DNA of 60,798 bases, filler included, from Dimargaris cristalligena (Eukaryota): NCBI GenBank assembly GCA_003614675.1. It is 8 parts of 8 records of this genome, joined end to end, with 100 filler letters (N's around TTAATTAATTAA, not from the genome) between each part and the next. Parts side by side here need not be neighbours in the genome. Positions count along the whole stretch, not along the records: positions 7,637 to 15,165 come from ML003407.1; positions 15,266 to 22,790 come from ML003408.1; 6 more parts are not named here. One strand, given 5' to 3'. Below the pieces are notes generated by a model. It worked only from the letters and a program-made list of their open reading frames with translations, searched no databases and was not told the DNA's origin. How positions within the stretch are numbered: position 1 is the stretch's first letter; each line of letters opens with the position of its first letter. Positions 8,836-21,680 of this stretch are shown piece after piece. Position numbers and translations under genes: made by a program.

Positions 8836-11574
8836 TCAGGGGAAATGCCGAGGGTCTAGAGAGTGGCGCAGTTCCGGGGACAGATACTCTAGCAGTATCT
8901 GGGCTTGTTGAATGAGTTTGACCCGGGTCTCGCGATTCTGGGGGTCGGTAGAGGGCGTGTGGGCATTGGGGTGCCGTCCCATCCATCCATTTTCGGCTTG
9001 GGATGAGGAGGGCAGCGACTCATTGCCATTCATCTGGCTCAAGGAGTTGATTTCGGACCGGAGGATCAGCAAAAGCTCAATCACCTCTGCGTCCCGCCGA
9101 TTTTTGACCCAGCTCAAAAGGTCGGTCGTACAGAGGGATTGCCGATACCGCTTAAGCAACTCGACCTGTGCTTGCTCGGTTCGGGCATGCAGCCAAGTAG
9201 CAAAATTACCGCAGGTCAAAAATTGGCGGTAAAAGACGATATAGTCAACATTAGAGCCAAACGAATTGCGCAAGGGAATCTGGGAACCATGTGCATGCAG
9301 GGATTTGAGAAAGTCCTCCTGGTTAAAAGGCTTAAGTTGGAGACGCAGCTGTTGCGGCTGCGGTTGCGGTTGCTGCGAGTATGGTCGGTTAGTCAAGTTG
9401 TTGTGCAATAGCGGGTTGGTCTTGGGAATTAAAGTGGAAAAGTAGCGGTTAAGCGGGGCCAGAAACTTTTCAGTCAGGTCCAGAAAATGACGACGCAGAA
9501 TATTATTCAGGATGTATGACGACGTATAACCGGCCTCGGCCGCGGTAGTGATTTTGGCCAACAGAGCCCGGTCTTTGCCCACCACTGACTTCCACTTGGT
9601 CTGGAGTCCGGAACGGTGGGTTTCGTTGGATAGCCACTGGGGCGACTGAATTTGCAGCGACGCCAGAACATTCGATGCCTTGCTTGCACTACTATTCGCG
9701 GTTCCCCCAGCCTGGCGGGTTCGTTGATTAAGGCGACTAGAAGTAAAACGACTCTCCCGCCGGCGACGACTCTGGCCCAGATGGATAATATGGGGCCAAT
9801 GTTCGAGAGCTTGGTCAAAGAAGGGATTAGAAACCCCCAGTACCACATTAGGTGGGATACGGGTTTTACTGACGTAGGACTTGAATTCGGCGTCTTGGAT
9901 GGTGAAATAGGGACGCACGTCACCGCAATAAGTGATGGGTTGGATTAAATCCACCAGGGCCAGAACCGCCTGGCTGCACTCGGCGGGCGAGTCAGCCATT
10001 ACCACAAGAGGCTCACCAACCATCATGAGTTCCCAGCATTTCCAGAGGTCTTCAAGGGAGTGTTCAAAGGCGGAAAACAGACCATCGATTTGAACTGTGG
10101 CCAGAATTTGGTGGGATGGGTCGAGACGGGACATATCAAAGGCACAGGTTTCAAGAAGCTGGTGGCCCGACGGAGGGGGTAGCTCCACCTGTAGAGTACT
10201 GCCCAAGAAGGGCAGGTCTACGAGGGGCCCGGCGCCGGATTGGGGTGGGGGGTCGATGGTGGACCGGGCACTGCCATTGGAGGTCAGGGGGGAAAGCAGT
10301 GGGATAGGAGTCGGAGTTGGGGTAGGGGAGGGAGAAAGGGAGAAGGGCAGCATTTCCTCGGTGGGTGTGCGGGCCTCGGCGGTCAGTGGCGAGGTGGGCG
10401 AGGAGGGTGCAAGGGAGAGCGGAGACGTGGACGGAGACACGTATACCTCGTCGACATCCTCCCGCAGAGTAGGGGCGGGCATTTCGCCGGTGTACGGGGA
10501 GGGCCAGTCGGTACCAATACTGTGGGCGGCCGTTTCGAGAATGGAATGCCCGAGTTCAAAGTAGGGTGGACCCAAGAGCCGCACGATTTTGGTAAAAAGG
10601 CCGTGGTAGGGTAAGGGAGATATGAGTACAAGCGATTTTTGAAAGCAACCCCGCTTGAGGAAGGGGTCCTTCTTCTGGCGGAAAAAGACATAGGCATAGT
10701 AAAACGACGAGTCGGCGGCAGCCGGGCCCAAGTCGGCCGAGCGCGAGTGGGATGGGGGCGAACTACCCAGGGACCGCCCCTCCAGCCGCAATTTATTCAT
10801 AAGTTGGACGATGGTGGCCTCCCGCAACCCCGACTGGGGCGGGCCGGCATGGTGAACCGAGTTAAGCCGAGGTCGGTGGGCCTGTAGGTTGGGCACCGAC
10901 GTTAAGGAAGGGAATGGTGGTTGCTCGGTAGAGGCACTTCTGGGCTGCCCTGTGGGGGGCTGAAGTCGGCCTACGGGCTTCGGGTTCCGAAGACGAACCC
11001 GAAAAGTATAGACGATTTCGCATAGGTCACAGATGGCCGAATCGGGAAATGACGAGAAGGCGATTATCTTGGCCTCCTCCTCGGTGAAGGGGTGGGGTGG
11101 GTAGACGGTGGCAATGGTGGGACCGTAGTCCAGGTCAAAGTCCACGACGCAGAAGGCCAGTATCCAGGAACGAATCCGGGCGGCACAGGCACGGTTGGCT
11201 AAACGGTCGGAAGCCAAGCCGACGGTGGAAATGGAAAGCAGACGGGGAGCATGTGAGGAAGTACGAGACGTCGTAGAGGAAGAAGTAGTGGTGGTGGTAG
11301 CGGAAGAGGAGGCGGCTTTCTTGAGAGGTGAACTACGACGATTGCTTGAGCTGACAGAGTCGTGCTGGTGGAGCATTTCAAGGCTAATTTGCCGGGCGCG
11401 ATCGGACAGGGCGCCTTTCTGGGGCTGGTGCTGCGACGCACTCCGGTGAAGGGGCTTAAGTTTGAGCGGGGCTGGGGCGATGGAATAGCCGCGGGGGGAG
11501 TAATGGGAAAGAGGAAAGATGGGAGGGAGTGGTGGAGACCCGGCCTTGGTGGACGGGTTAATAGGCATAGTCAT
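8836..11574 (-). CDS. DENND6: DENND6/FAM116-type DENN-domain Rab GEF
   Basis: 912-aa ORF with WILAFCVVDFDLDYGP, AFSSFPDS, YVFFRQKKDPFLKRGCFQKSLVL, WELMMVGEPLVVMA, GDVRPYFTIQD and VVLGVSNPFF. Confidence 0.9.
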   Translation of the reverse strand: MTMPINPSTKAGSPPLPPIFPLSHYSPRGYSIAPAPLKLKPLHRSASQHQPQKGALSDRARQISLEMLHQHDSVSSSNRRSSPLKKAASSSATTTTTSSSTTSRTSSHAPRLLSISTVGLASDRLANRACAARIRSWILAFCVVDFDLDYGPTIATVYPPHPFTEEEAKIIAFSSFPDSAICDLCEIVYTFRVRLRNPKPVGRLQPPTGQPRSASTEQPPFPSLTSVPNLQAHRPRLNSVHHAGPPQSGLREATIVQLMNKLRLEGRSLGSSPPSHSRSADLGPAAADSSFYYAYVFFRQKKDPFLKRGCFQKSLVLISPLPYHGLFTKIVRLLGPPYFELGHSILETAAHSIGTDWPSPYTGEMPAPTLREDVDEVYVSPSTSPLSLAPSSPTSPLTAEARTPTEEMLPFSLSPSPTPTPTPIPLLSPLTSNGSARSTIDPPPQSGAGPLVDLPFLGSTLQVELPPPSGHQLLETCAFDMSRLDPSHQILATVQIDGLFSAFEHSLEDLWKCWELMMVGEPLVVMADSPAECSQAVLALVDLIQPITYCGDVRPYFTIQDAEFKSYVSKTRIPPNVVLGVSNPFFDQALEHWPHIIHLGQSRRRRESRFTSSRLNQRTRQAGGTANSSASKASNVLASLQIQSPQWLSNETHRSGLQTKWKSVVGKDRALLAKITTAAEAGYTSSYILNNILRRHFLDLTEKFLAPLNRYFSTLIPKTNPLLHNNLTNRPYSQQPQPQPQQLRLQLKPFNQEDFLKSLHAHGSQIPLRNSFGSNVDYIVFYRQFLTCGNFATWLHARTEQAQVELLKRYRQSLCTTDLLSWVKNRRDAEVIELLLILRSEINSLSQMNGNESLPSSSQAENGWMGRHPNAHTPSTDPQNRETRVKLIQQAQILLEYLSPELRHSLDPRHFP

Positions 11575-11957
11575 GCGAGATAATCTAGAGAGGGGGGTTT
11601 GGGTAGGTAGGTGACCGGCCCGTCTGCATATATATATATATATTTATAAATAGCTTAGGATGTAAAAGAATAGATAGACAGGCGTGTCTTCTCTATACCA
11701 AAGGCTGGTGACTATATGCACGCGCGCGGGAGGGAGGGAGTTTAGCGAACTGGGCAATGAGCTCAACGGAAATGCCAAAGAAAACTGAGCAAGGGGCGTT
11801 AGTGGGTGCGAGCAGGGGAGGTGAATAGAGAAGGGTGTTACAGGAGAATGGAGCGCGTTACACGCTTGTGGCAGACGAGGAGCACAAAGTTAGGAAAGGG
11901 TATAGGGCAAGCCGCACTGGCAAACGGGGCTATTTATACAGAAGTGGTGGTCGGCTA

Positions 11958-11980
11958 TATATATATATATATATATATAT
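11958..11980. repeat. (AT)n microsatellite
   Basis: Uninterrupted TA run in the divergent promoter region. Confidence 0.9.
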
Positions 11981-12349
11981 AATGTGATATAATATATGTA
12001 TAAAAGAGGCAAAGGGGAATGGAATGGGCTCGTCGGTCTCAACATAGCAAGGGCTCATAAAAGCAGAGACGGACTTGGGTTTGAGCAAACAGCGACCGTT
12101 GGTGGCCGCACAACCAATAGCCACAACTCCCCCTGGACCAAGGAGTCGGAGCCTGGGTGGGGAGCACCAACCAGAGTGGGAGGGTTCTGGCTGCTCATTA
12201 CCCCGTTTCACCTTCTGTCCTTCTCGCCGCTTATAGGCCGCCATGGCAGGCTGCCCCCATGAGAGTAGTGCGTTATTTTTAAACCCGCTATTTTTAACTC
12301 GACCTTTCCCCTTCCACCACACCCCATCTCTCTCTTTCTCCCCAGCACC

Positions 12350-12751
12350 ATGGCCGACGATCCCCTCCTCTCTCTCAAAGCGGTTAGGGCTACTTTGCAG
12401 GGCCTGGAATCCTACCTCCACCAGGTCGTCAAGGACCTCGAAACGATGGCCACCAACTACCAGGTGCTCGCCGGTAAGTCCAGGTCCTTCGCACCAGATG
12501 CCCGCTCGATACCATGGCTCCGCATGTATGGGCCCTCCCGTTGTATGAAGTCCTCATTCAGTCTGTAGTTGATTTGGTGGTACTTACTTGCTTTGGTTGT
12601 CTATCCCTATACACATACTCACATACACATATACACACACACTCCCTCTCTCTCGCACTTTCCATCCCTAGACGTTGCGGAACCACTACTCAAGCCTCTA
12701 GAGCACTCCAAAGTTATCGCCCACAAAGCCACTCCCCCGGCACCTAATTAA
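12350..12751 (+). CDS. small coiled-coil protein (67 aa), possibly a DASH/Dam1 complex subunit (Dad2-like); exons 12350-12473, 12672-12751
   Basis: GTAAGT donor and CTAG acceptor give MADDPLLSLKAVRATLQGLESYLHQVVKDLETMATNYQVLADVAEPLLKPLEHSK. The Dad2 resemblance is a heptad pattern judged by eye only. Confidence 0.55.
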
Positions 12752-13796
12752 GCAATACATTGAATTACAACCCCTCTTTCTCTCCGCTATTAAGGTCCAA
12801 CTTGACTTGGCCGGAAATTAAGTATCAAACAACAGTCTCCCACAGTCACAGCGCCCCACCCCCGCCCCGCAAATCGACCTCGGGTTGATTAGCCGGTGCC
12901 AATCCCTGTAAGGCCACAAACCCTGGTCGGATAAAACCAATAGTTCAGGCGGTAAGGAGAAATGCGGGTGGCTTGCCTTATAGTCGGTGGTCATGGATGT
13001 TCAGCATTCCTCTAGTATGGATTGTGGGTGTATCAAACCATGGGGTTATTGGATTGATTCCCCCAATTAATCAGCTTTGGGCCTAATAATCCAGGTCTTC
13101 AACGTGAGACCAGCCCGCCCTTTCATTGTAAAATACCTTCTCGATAGAGCCAATCTGTCTGAGTAAAAGCAAACCCTAGTGCAAATCCCACGACAATTCC
13201 TAACTACTCCCAAGGTCTTTCGGGGGGCTTTTTAGTACGTGGCGGCCCATTTCAACTACTTTAACTTCATTTACCTGGACTTGGAATAGAGGTTGATGTT
13301 CGTATATAAATATTAATGTAATATCTAAACTTCATTGATGATCCTCGTCCAATCGTGTGGCCAAATGTTAGACACGATTGGACAGGCCTACTAGAGATGA
13401 ATTTTAAGTGAGACCAGCTGCCCAACTGCATGCCACAGGTGAGATCGGTCAGTCGATATTGTAATCAAAAACCACCAGGTAATTCAAGGTGACACGATGG
13501 CTCTTATGACTGGGTTACTATCATTTAAATTCTAAAGATTAGGCAGTAATGGGTGAGTAGGGAGACGTCGGAGGATTTGGCTCCCGTTCTTTACTTGGCA
13601 TGGCGGGAGTAGGTGCAGAAGTCAGAGGGCCATGTAAGATAAAAAATAAATGACCTAAAAGGCCGAGTTTAATGTATAGATTGTAATTAAACCAGTATTG
13701 CCAGTTCAGTGTAATAGTACGGAATATAAAGAAATCACACTTTCCGCCAGGCTACGTATTGCCTGCTTCTCTACCCCACCCGACGACCTTCCAGTC

Positions 13797-15165
13797 TTAG
13801 TATCTCCGCGAAAGGGGTGGGAACACTTGGTGGATAGCATCCAGCAAGCTGGTCAGCATCATCTTATCCGACGATTTGATTTCAACCGTAACCCGGCACT
13901 GGGCCATGTCCGCATCGAAGGGACTCTCGCTCCCGTCCGACCCAATTTTCTGAACTTTCAACAATCCGGCAGCTTGCGCCTCGTGGACCGATCGGCCGTA
14001 GAGGGAGGCCACGGGTCCGATGCATTCCACAATCTGCAGGCCCGTGAGTTGACGCGCCAGGAAATCTAGGAACAGGCTCAGTCGAGTCATGGGATACATC
14101 CGTAGGATCGTCGTGCTGGTGGTCTGGCCCCAACCCACTGACCGGACCTGGTCTGGATCGGGAACCGGGGTCAGCAGCTCAGGCCAGGTCAAGGGAAGGA
14201 TAAACGAGCCCGTGCCCGTATAGGGAAAATCGGCCGGGTTGGCAACAATACTGGCGAAAGTATCGGCTGAGCACGGTCGAGACATGGGGCTCATAAATGT
14301 GTTGGGACGGAGTATGAGTTGCCAGGGAATTTCCAGAGACTCGCCCTAAAGATTATCCGGTTTTTAGATGAGGGGAAGGTCAATAATATACAATCAACGC
14401 GGGTTAGTAGGTCAAGTAGGGCCTAATACTGAATAAAGCCGTTCTTCTATCCATTAGATGCTGGTTCATATCGGATGATACCCTTCTAAAACGCCCCATA
14501 GTTTCGTGAATTGGTAAAACCAAGCCATCCCGAACTATACGAAAGTGCAAACTTACCCGAATGATACACTGAACCGAACCGCGCATGTCCACACAATTCG
14601 AATTTCCGTGGAGTTCTAATTCCCACTGGATATTCAACGGGGAGGTCGAGTCCAGAGTCGCCTTGGGGACGGCGACACGGCCCGTCAGCGGATGGGCGGA
14701 AACGACGGTAACGGAGGTCGGTTTCGAGAAACAAGAGTTAAACGACCCGCTCGAGGCAAAGGTGAACTCAAGTTCGTCCAACCATGTAGAAGCAGCAGCA
14801 GTAGCGTCGACTATGTTGGAAGATGTTATTTCGGATCCGGGTTCGATATCCAAATGGACCATAACCTTGGTGGTTGAACCGCCTGTCGAGGTAGGCGCGG
14901 GCAAGAATCCCGGGGAACCGAAAATGGAATCATCAAAGGCCATGTGGTAATCGGAGATGACTTGGGCCCGATAGGTAATGCAAATATGGGGGTCATCACA
15001 CAGTACCGGCTTCACTAATTCGCGGGCATTATCGAGGAAATCGGTGGCCGATGATGGTGATACAACTGGGCTTTTCCCCTCGTTGATCAGAGTTTGCAAT
15101 GGCGCGGGTGAGTTCCGGGTGGCCGAAGACGACGATGGTGGTGGTGGTGGCGAAGAGGAACCCCC
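13797..15165 (-). CDS. hypothetical protein, 5'-truncated by the contig end, at least two exons
   Basis: Two long same-strand ORFs (14404-15165 and 13797-14345) are separated by an intron-like segment with a TACTAAC branch and TTTAG acceptor. No family recognised. Confidence 0.55.
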
Positions 15166-15265
15166 NNNNNNNNNNNNNNNNNNNNNNNNNNNNNNNNNNN
15201 NNNNNNNNNTTAATTAATTAANNNNNNNNNNNNNNNNNNNNNNNNNNNNNNNNNNNNNNNNNNNN
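15166..15265. other. artificial contig linker
   Basis: N44-TTAATTAATTAA-N44. Confidence 0.98.
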
Positions 15266-17461
15266 TTTAGATTCATAGGCAATAGGTTGTAATCCATGGC
15301 CTTGATCCTGCATTAGAACATCACCTTTACGCCAACCTTGCTAAATGTGTCTTTAGCCAAACCTCTTTAGAATACTTAGGCCATATCATTTCTGCTGCCG
15401 GTGTATCTGTAGAACCCCATAAAGTTCAAGCTATGCAAACTTTCCCTGTACCTACTACTGTTAAAACTTTACAATCCTTTTTAGGACTTACCAATTATTA
15501 TCAAAAATTCATTGCTAACTATTCTTTTATTGTGGCCCCACTCACCAGTGTACTTTGTAACAAACCAAAAGAACTCTTTTGGACACCTGAGTGTCAATCA
15601 GCTTTTGAATCATTATGTCATTAATTAAGTAGTACCCCTCTTTTAGCTTATCCTGATTATACCTTACCTTTTCAAGTATATACAGATGCCTCTAAGGTTG
15701 CTTTGGGTGCTGTTCTAATGCAGGATCAAGGCCATGGATTACAACCTATTGCCTATGAATCTAAAAAATCACCTGATCTTGAATCCCATTATGCTCCTCA
15801 TGAGTTAGAATTATATGCTGTTATTCATGCTTTAAAAATTTAGTGTCACTACTTATATAACCATCCTTTTACTGTTCACACTGATCATAGAGGTCTTCAA
15901 TTTCTTTCTACCACACCTAAGATTCCTATTCGCCTACATCATTAGCTTGAATTTCTCCTGGATTTTGATCCTGATATTAAGTATCTACCAGGGGCTAAGC
16001 AAGTTGTTGCAGATGTGCTGTCCCGATGTCACAAAACCCCAGCTCTTAATCAACATGTATCTATAGCTGCTACCTTGGCTCAATTACCCACTGATTGGCC
16101 ACAGTACATGGCACAGCTCTTACGGCGGGAACCATTACCACTGGAGATCTCAGTTACCACTTGGGAACATTTGGATTGAGAACTATCCCACTTCACATTA
16201 AACCCTGTATCAGGCTCTCTATGCTGACTCATCAACGGAAAACCAGTACCCTATATCGAACCCATTGCTCGTAACCATTAGATTCGATGGTTTCATGATA
16301 ACTACAGACATGAAGGGTACCAAAGCACCCATTATCAATTAAAAACACGAGTTTGGTGGCCACAGCTTCTTAGTTCAGTTTGCCAATTTGTTTGTGCTTA
16401 TCCTTGTTGTCAAATTCATTGTCAAGCATATCCTCTTACCACTGTTGAGCCTACACCCCCGGACCCTGTAGCCCAACCTTTGGACCAATGGGCTCTTGAT
16501 TTTGTAGGACCACTTATTTCATCAGTGAAGGGTAACATATATATTATTACAGCTATTGACCAAGCTACTGGATTCCCTATTTGCAAAGCTGTTCCTGAAG
16601 CTACTGCCGAAATTGCTAAATCCTTTTTAAGTGACAATATTATATCTATTTTTGGTTTACCTCGAGAAATACTTACTGATCGAGGTACCCAGTTTATGAG
16701 TCATAGTTTTGAATCCTTTTTGCAACACCATAATATCCACTATTTAACTACTTCCGCTTACCATCCTCAGACTAATGGCCGAGTAGAACAATTTCATGCA
16801 GAACTCAAAGGAGCTATCACACGTCAAAATACAGGGGCACATCAAAATTGGGATACTTTTTTTCCCATGGTACTATTAGCCATTCAGACTTGCTATTCTC
16901 AGGTAACACAAAGTACACCATATTATTTGGTGTTTGGTCGTCACCCTCGGATACCTGGTGACCAAATCTTACCATTGTTACCAGAGTCAGATATTAACAC
17001 ACTGCAACATCATGCTCAACAGTATCTACCTAGTGTTTAAGAACATTATAAATGGGTATTCTCAATTTGCTAGCTCAAACAAACTCATACTTGATAACGA
17101 TTTTAGGATAAACAACCACAATCTCATCAATTCAAAGTCAATGATGCCATTTTGTTATGAGATCCCATAGCTAGGTCCTTACAATCCCATTGGTTTGGAC
17201 CTTTTCATATTCACCAGGTTCTACGATATAACACATATCTATTAATGTCCCCTAACATGACCATCAGTCCCATTCCTATCCATGCCTCCCAGTTAAAACC
17301 AGCTGTAGTATTGTATCTTAATTATCATGCTTAGCACTTACCACTATGGTATATATGCACCCTTGGGGAGGATGGTGTTGTGGTAGGACCTGAGACTACT
17401 TAGTCAATTATAGTATTCCCTTTTTCAATCACATTCTATTTTTATATCCTTTTATCAGTGA
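15266..17461 (+). mobile_element. degenerate Ty3/Gypsy LTR retrotransposon: RT C-terminus, RNase H, integrase, PPT (17365-17375) and start of the 3' LTR (17376)
   Basis: Motifs LEYLGHIIS, LQSFLGLTNYY, YTDASKVALGAVLMQ, ELELYAVIHAL, VHTDH, WALDFVGPL, ILTDRGTQF, SAYHPQTNGRVE and WFGPF. RT-RH-IN order, many in-frame stops, and GGGGAGGATGG followed by TGTTGTGG. Confidence 0.93.
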
Positions 17462-17996
17462 TGTCGCCCAAATTAACCACTCTTAGTCCATCAAGAGTCT
17501 CGGGGATAGGCTTCTAATGGTAGGCGGGGCGTTGGGCACAGCCAGGTAGGCTACTAGTGTTAGGTAGGGCTGATACTAATTAAATAAAGCAAGTGTCACT
17601 ATGTATGTGGGGGATGTGCACTGATGCACACTTACTAGTCAGTATGGGGGGTGAGCATATATAGGGTTTATTTGGGGTAAACTAAGGGGTCCGAATAAGC
17701 TGCCTATTAACCGGTCCCCATGGGGGGCCCGGTTATATATATGTGGGGGAACTACATAACTAAGATAATGATAGGGGGGGCCGGGTGGTCCTCATACGAG
17801 CAGAGGCTTCCATGGAAACTGGAAGACACTAAGATCACCTAGGAGTGAGTAGTGCGAACTCCAGGGGGGTCCGGCCAGTGAGATGATATATATGATGTCC
17901 GGCCCCATTAGGACTGGGGGTACAATATGGTGCTATGTGGTCTGCTATGACGGCAATTATTAGTGGATGGATTAGGTCAGATTAGGAGGGGTAACA
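17462..17996 (+). mobile_element. family-B solo LTR abutting or nested in the family-A LTR
   Basis: TGTCGCCC...AACCACTCTTAGTCC...GGGGTAACA, homologous to 25234-25818. Confidence 0.8.
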
Positions 17997-20916
17997 ATCA
18001 GTTAATAAGAAAAATAAATTAAATTAAAAATTGTATATAAAAAAAATGTTATAATCAAATGGTATAATTGATTCAGTACTCAGAGATACCACAACTTTGA
18101 ACTAAGTAAATGAAAGTAAAACAAATAGGAGTAGTGGCAATAAAATAGTCAATGAAACTGGGTAAAAAGTTAATCATTAGTATCATCTGGTGAAGTTAAA
18201 ACATATATTTATTCATTTATCCTGAAACTAACTTGTCCCTTCAACTGAGGAGATGCTGCTAAGGTATATATATTAAATTATCTGAACTAAACAACTATAA
18301 CTAAAGATAATAACTGTAATAATATTAGGTTATAAAAACCTGTGATAGGAGAAAAATGGACCTAGTGACTAAACTACAGTTGTGAATAAGCTAAATGGAA
18401 GTAAAATAATAAATAGTTAGAAGGTTGGAAGACACAGTCTTTGCAGGCCTTTTTCACATCAGGCATTGATTAAAATTAATTCATGTTAGGTAATTGTATA
18501 GTGTAATTCCAAGAAGGAATAAACCAGAGGATAGTTATTCCTAAGCCCCACTAATAAAAGAATCATCAATGGTATAAAAGTAGTGATATGAAGTGGTCAA
18601 TCTTTATGGGTTAAAATCACCATTGATATTGATGACCTATAACTTTATCAATAATAGACAGAAAAGCAAATGAAAGTATGATTTGGAAAGCTGAAGGAAA
18701 AGAGAATCAGCTTGCATAGAGAAATATAATAATACACTTGGCCCCTGACTGTTCCCAAAGAAATACTTTGTCAATTGCCTGGATACCTTGAATCCATCTA
18801 AAGTATGACCACTTCTTAGATTAGTAATGGGTACTGGTGCTTATGCGGCCTCTGCCCAACTGCCCATGGCAGCACACTAGTTAGCCTGATATGTTTTCAG
18901 GGTAGTATTACTATATAGTACATCTATATGTTGCCCATACATCTTACCTGAATGTATTAATTTTATATTATATCCTTGATGCTAGGGGTATATATTTTGC
19001 CTGTGTCAGGGTGTGGGGAAATCTCATAAAAGTGCCTTTTTGAACATTACAGGCCAAACACCTCCATGGGAAGTGGTGCAGCAAATAAAACACACTATTT
19101 GCAGGATTTGTGATCATTTGGCTCCACATTTGGTCTGGATGGTCAAATAATTCGTTATATAGGGGCCAAATTATTTATATGCCACCAAGATTAATGCTTC
19201 AGTATCAGATTGTTAGAGACTATCCTCACCCCAAAATAAAGAGGCCTTCAGATAACGGCAGTGATCAGATAAAACATAGGGGCCCTATTATATGCACATC
19301 CCATGGGGATGGGAGGTATTCCCAATTGATGGGGCAGTGACTACATGGGAGATTCACTAAACTCGAAGGGGAACATTCCATAAGCCGCCAATGGGCCATT
19401 GCACTGAAGCCCACTATCAGTCGGCAAGAGTCACCCATCCTTTTTTCAAGATCCAATCTATACTATTGTAAATGTGGTGCTGTGAGAATCAACGGTGATG
19501 GCACACATGGATGATCCAACCAATAACAAGTGAAATAGTCATCTGATTCCCGATTTGTGTTGATACTGAGCTAATGACGACGAGTTTATCGAAGTCGGCA
19601 CTCTGAAATCATGTACTCGTTCATTATTATTTAGGTTTATTATTTTGTTTTATTTGAATAAATCATTGCATTTTCGTTTGATGAAAGTTATAACTGATCC
19701 CAAGACAAAAGGAATCATCCTTTGTCAAAGGAAAAGTTTTTAGTGGTCGGATAAATCGAGAAAATAATGCGTCATTGGCTTGTTTGACGGGCGCATAGAG
19801 AGACCAGGGAGGATAGATAACTCCAGTGATATCCTGCCGTTTCAAGGAGAAGCAGTTCATCATCATCACTTTTCCAGGAAAAACACCACTATTACTACTC
19901 TCAAATTTCTATCTTTAATAAAAAACCACTTCTTTAATGTCTTCAGATGACGGGGCGAAAGCATGGGCCGGTGTCGCAATCAAAGAACCTTCGAACACTG
20001 TGCACGGTGATAAGGGGAGTGGGATCCCTACAGTCACCGAACACAACAAAAAGGTATCATATCAATCACATAATGTTGATCTTCATGGTTTTTCTTTACT
20101 TTAAGTTTCTGGTTGATTGTAGACGGATAATCGATCCGATTCAATATAAAGCCATAATTTAGACATTATTAATCAAACTGATTATCGAGCTGGGGGAGTT
20201 ATGGTAGAAAAAAGATGGAGAGAGCGTCCACACGGTTGTCATTGACTGCTTTTTGAGGGATGTTGGTGATTGTCTGGATGGGTGGCGAATGGTGTGCAGG
20301 CCTCCAGACATTGATTGCATATCCTTCTTCACATTAGCATATATTGATAAATAATATTTCATTCCTTTCCATGCTTCACGTTAAAGTTCCACTTCCCTTG
20401 AATATAATCTTAAATATAAAATATGCTATTAAAATGCCTTTCACATTTAATGCAGGAGCGCCAATTTTTTTTCTGCTGAATCAAAACAAGAGACCCTTTA
20501 ATTTCCATTAAGACACACAGGCGAAATTTAAATGGGATCATCGACTGGAAATCTGGCTTTAACTATGAAATCCCATTATTAAATAAGGTCTTGGCTGTAC
20601 ATAATTACATCAAACCCATGAATATAATTTATACAGGCAGAATAGGTGTAGTATGCCCAAGGGCAACAGGTCTGGCCTCCCCTCGCTGTTGATCATGGAA
20701 AGAGAGGCCCATCTAAATGGGAAGTATAACATGCTGAGTTAATGGTGGCTGCTGTAATTAGATGATTTGCACTCCCTGAGTATATATACAGGCTGTGGTG
20801 GCTGCCCTTTTTCCACATTATCTTTTGACTAACCAGCATTTCATTTATTTTATACTCAGTCATCGAAATCCCCCATGTCTGCCTTCTTCACATGCTATAT
20901 TTATTGGAATACTAAG

Positions 20917-21469
20917 TGTCGGCCCACATAATCCACTCTAAATATGGGAATAACTGATTGTCCTGTCTAATCTTGCCTTATTGTGCTATATTACTCTCCC
21001 CTTACTATATAACCCCCTATGACTGGGCCCCAATGCTTCTCACACAATACTCCACTGGCTGATCCAATGTTCCTTCTCTCTTACTTGAGTCTTCCAGATG
21101 CAAGCCCCCTAGTTGAGGCCCTACCCCTCGCCTCTTCTTTAGTCATCCCATTGCTCTCAAGGACCCCTCATTATGAGTGGTCCCCACATATAAATAACCG
21201 GGCCCATCTGGGACCAGATCAGTTTTGGAGCTTATTTCCTTACCCCCATAGTTTACCTCAATTAACTCCCTATATGCTCACCCTATTGTATTAGCCAGTA
21301 AGTGTGCCTACTGTATGTCTCTTGCATTAGCCTGCACTCATCCTTTATTAGTTAGTACCGACCCCTCCCTAATACTAGTAGCCTGCTTGGCCGAGTCTAA
21401 GCCCCACTTACCATTAGAAGCCTACCCCTGGGACTCTTGTTGGACTAAGAGTGGTAAACTTGGGTGACA
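20917..21469 (-). mobile_element. family-B solo LTR with 5-bp TSD CTAAG (strand relative to the 25234 copy)
   Basis: TG...CA termini, with CTAAG at 20912-20916 and 21470-21474. Confidence 0.85.
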
Positions 21470-21472
21470 CTA

Positions 21473-21680
21473 AGGATATAAAGGAAATAAAACTGGAAGT
21501 AAGGGAAGAAAGTAGCTAGAGGAGAGTAGGTACCTCTAAGTGGTTAGTTTTTTGAATAGTATAATCAGTGGAGTGAAATAAAAGTAGTTAGAATGAGTGG
21601 CCACAAAATAACTAAAAAAACAATCATAATTGGTGGAAACGGGATGGGATATAAGATCCATCAGGACATATTTCTCAATA
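21473..21680 (+). repeat. dispersed AT-rich repeat, second copy at ~32006-32215
   Basis: Shared AAATAAAACTGGAAGTAAGGGAAGAAAGTAGCTAGAG...CTCTA.GTGGTTAGTTTT. Confidence 0.7.

Noticed and set aside
19663-20400. Broken coding-like frames on the minus strand, including MKINIM*LI*YLF suggesting TGA read-through
   Set aside because: TGA is used as a normal stop elsewhere (e.g. TRM9), and the frames also contain TAA/TAG. At most an unidentifiable pseudogene.
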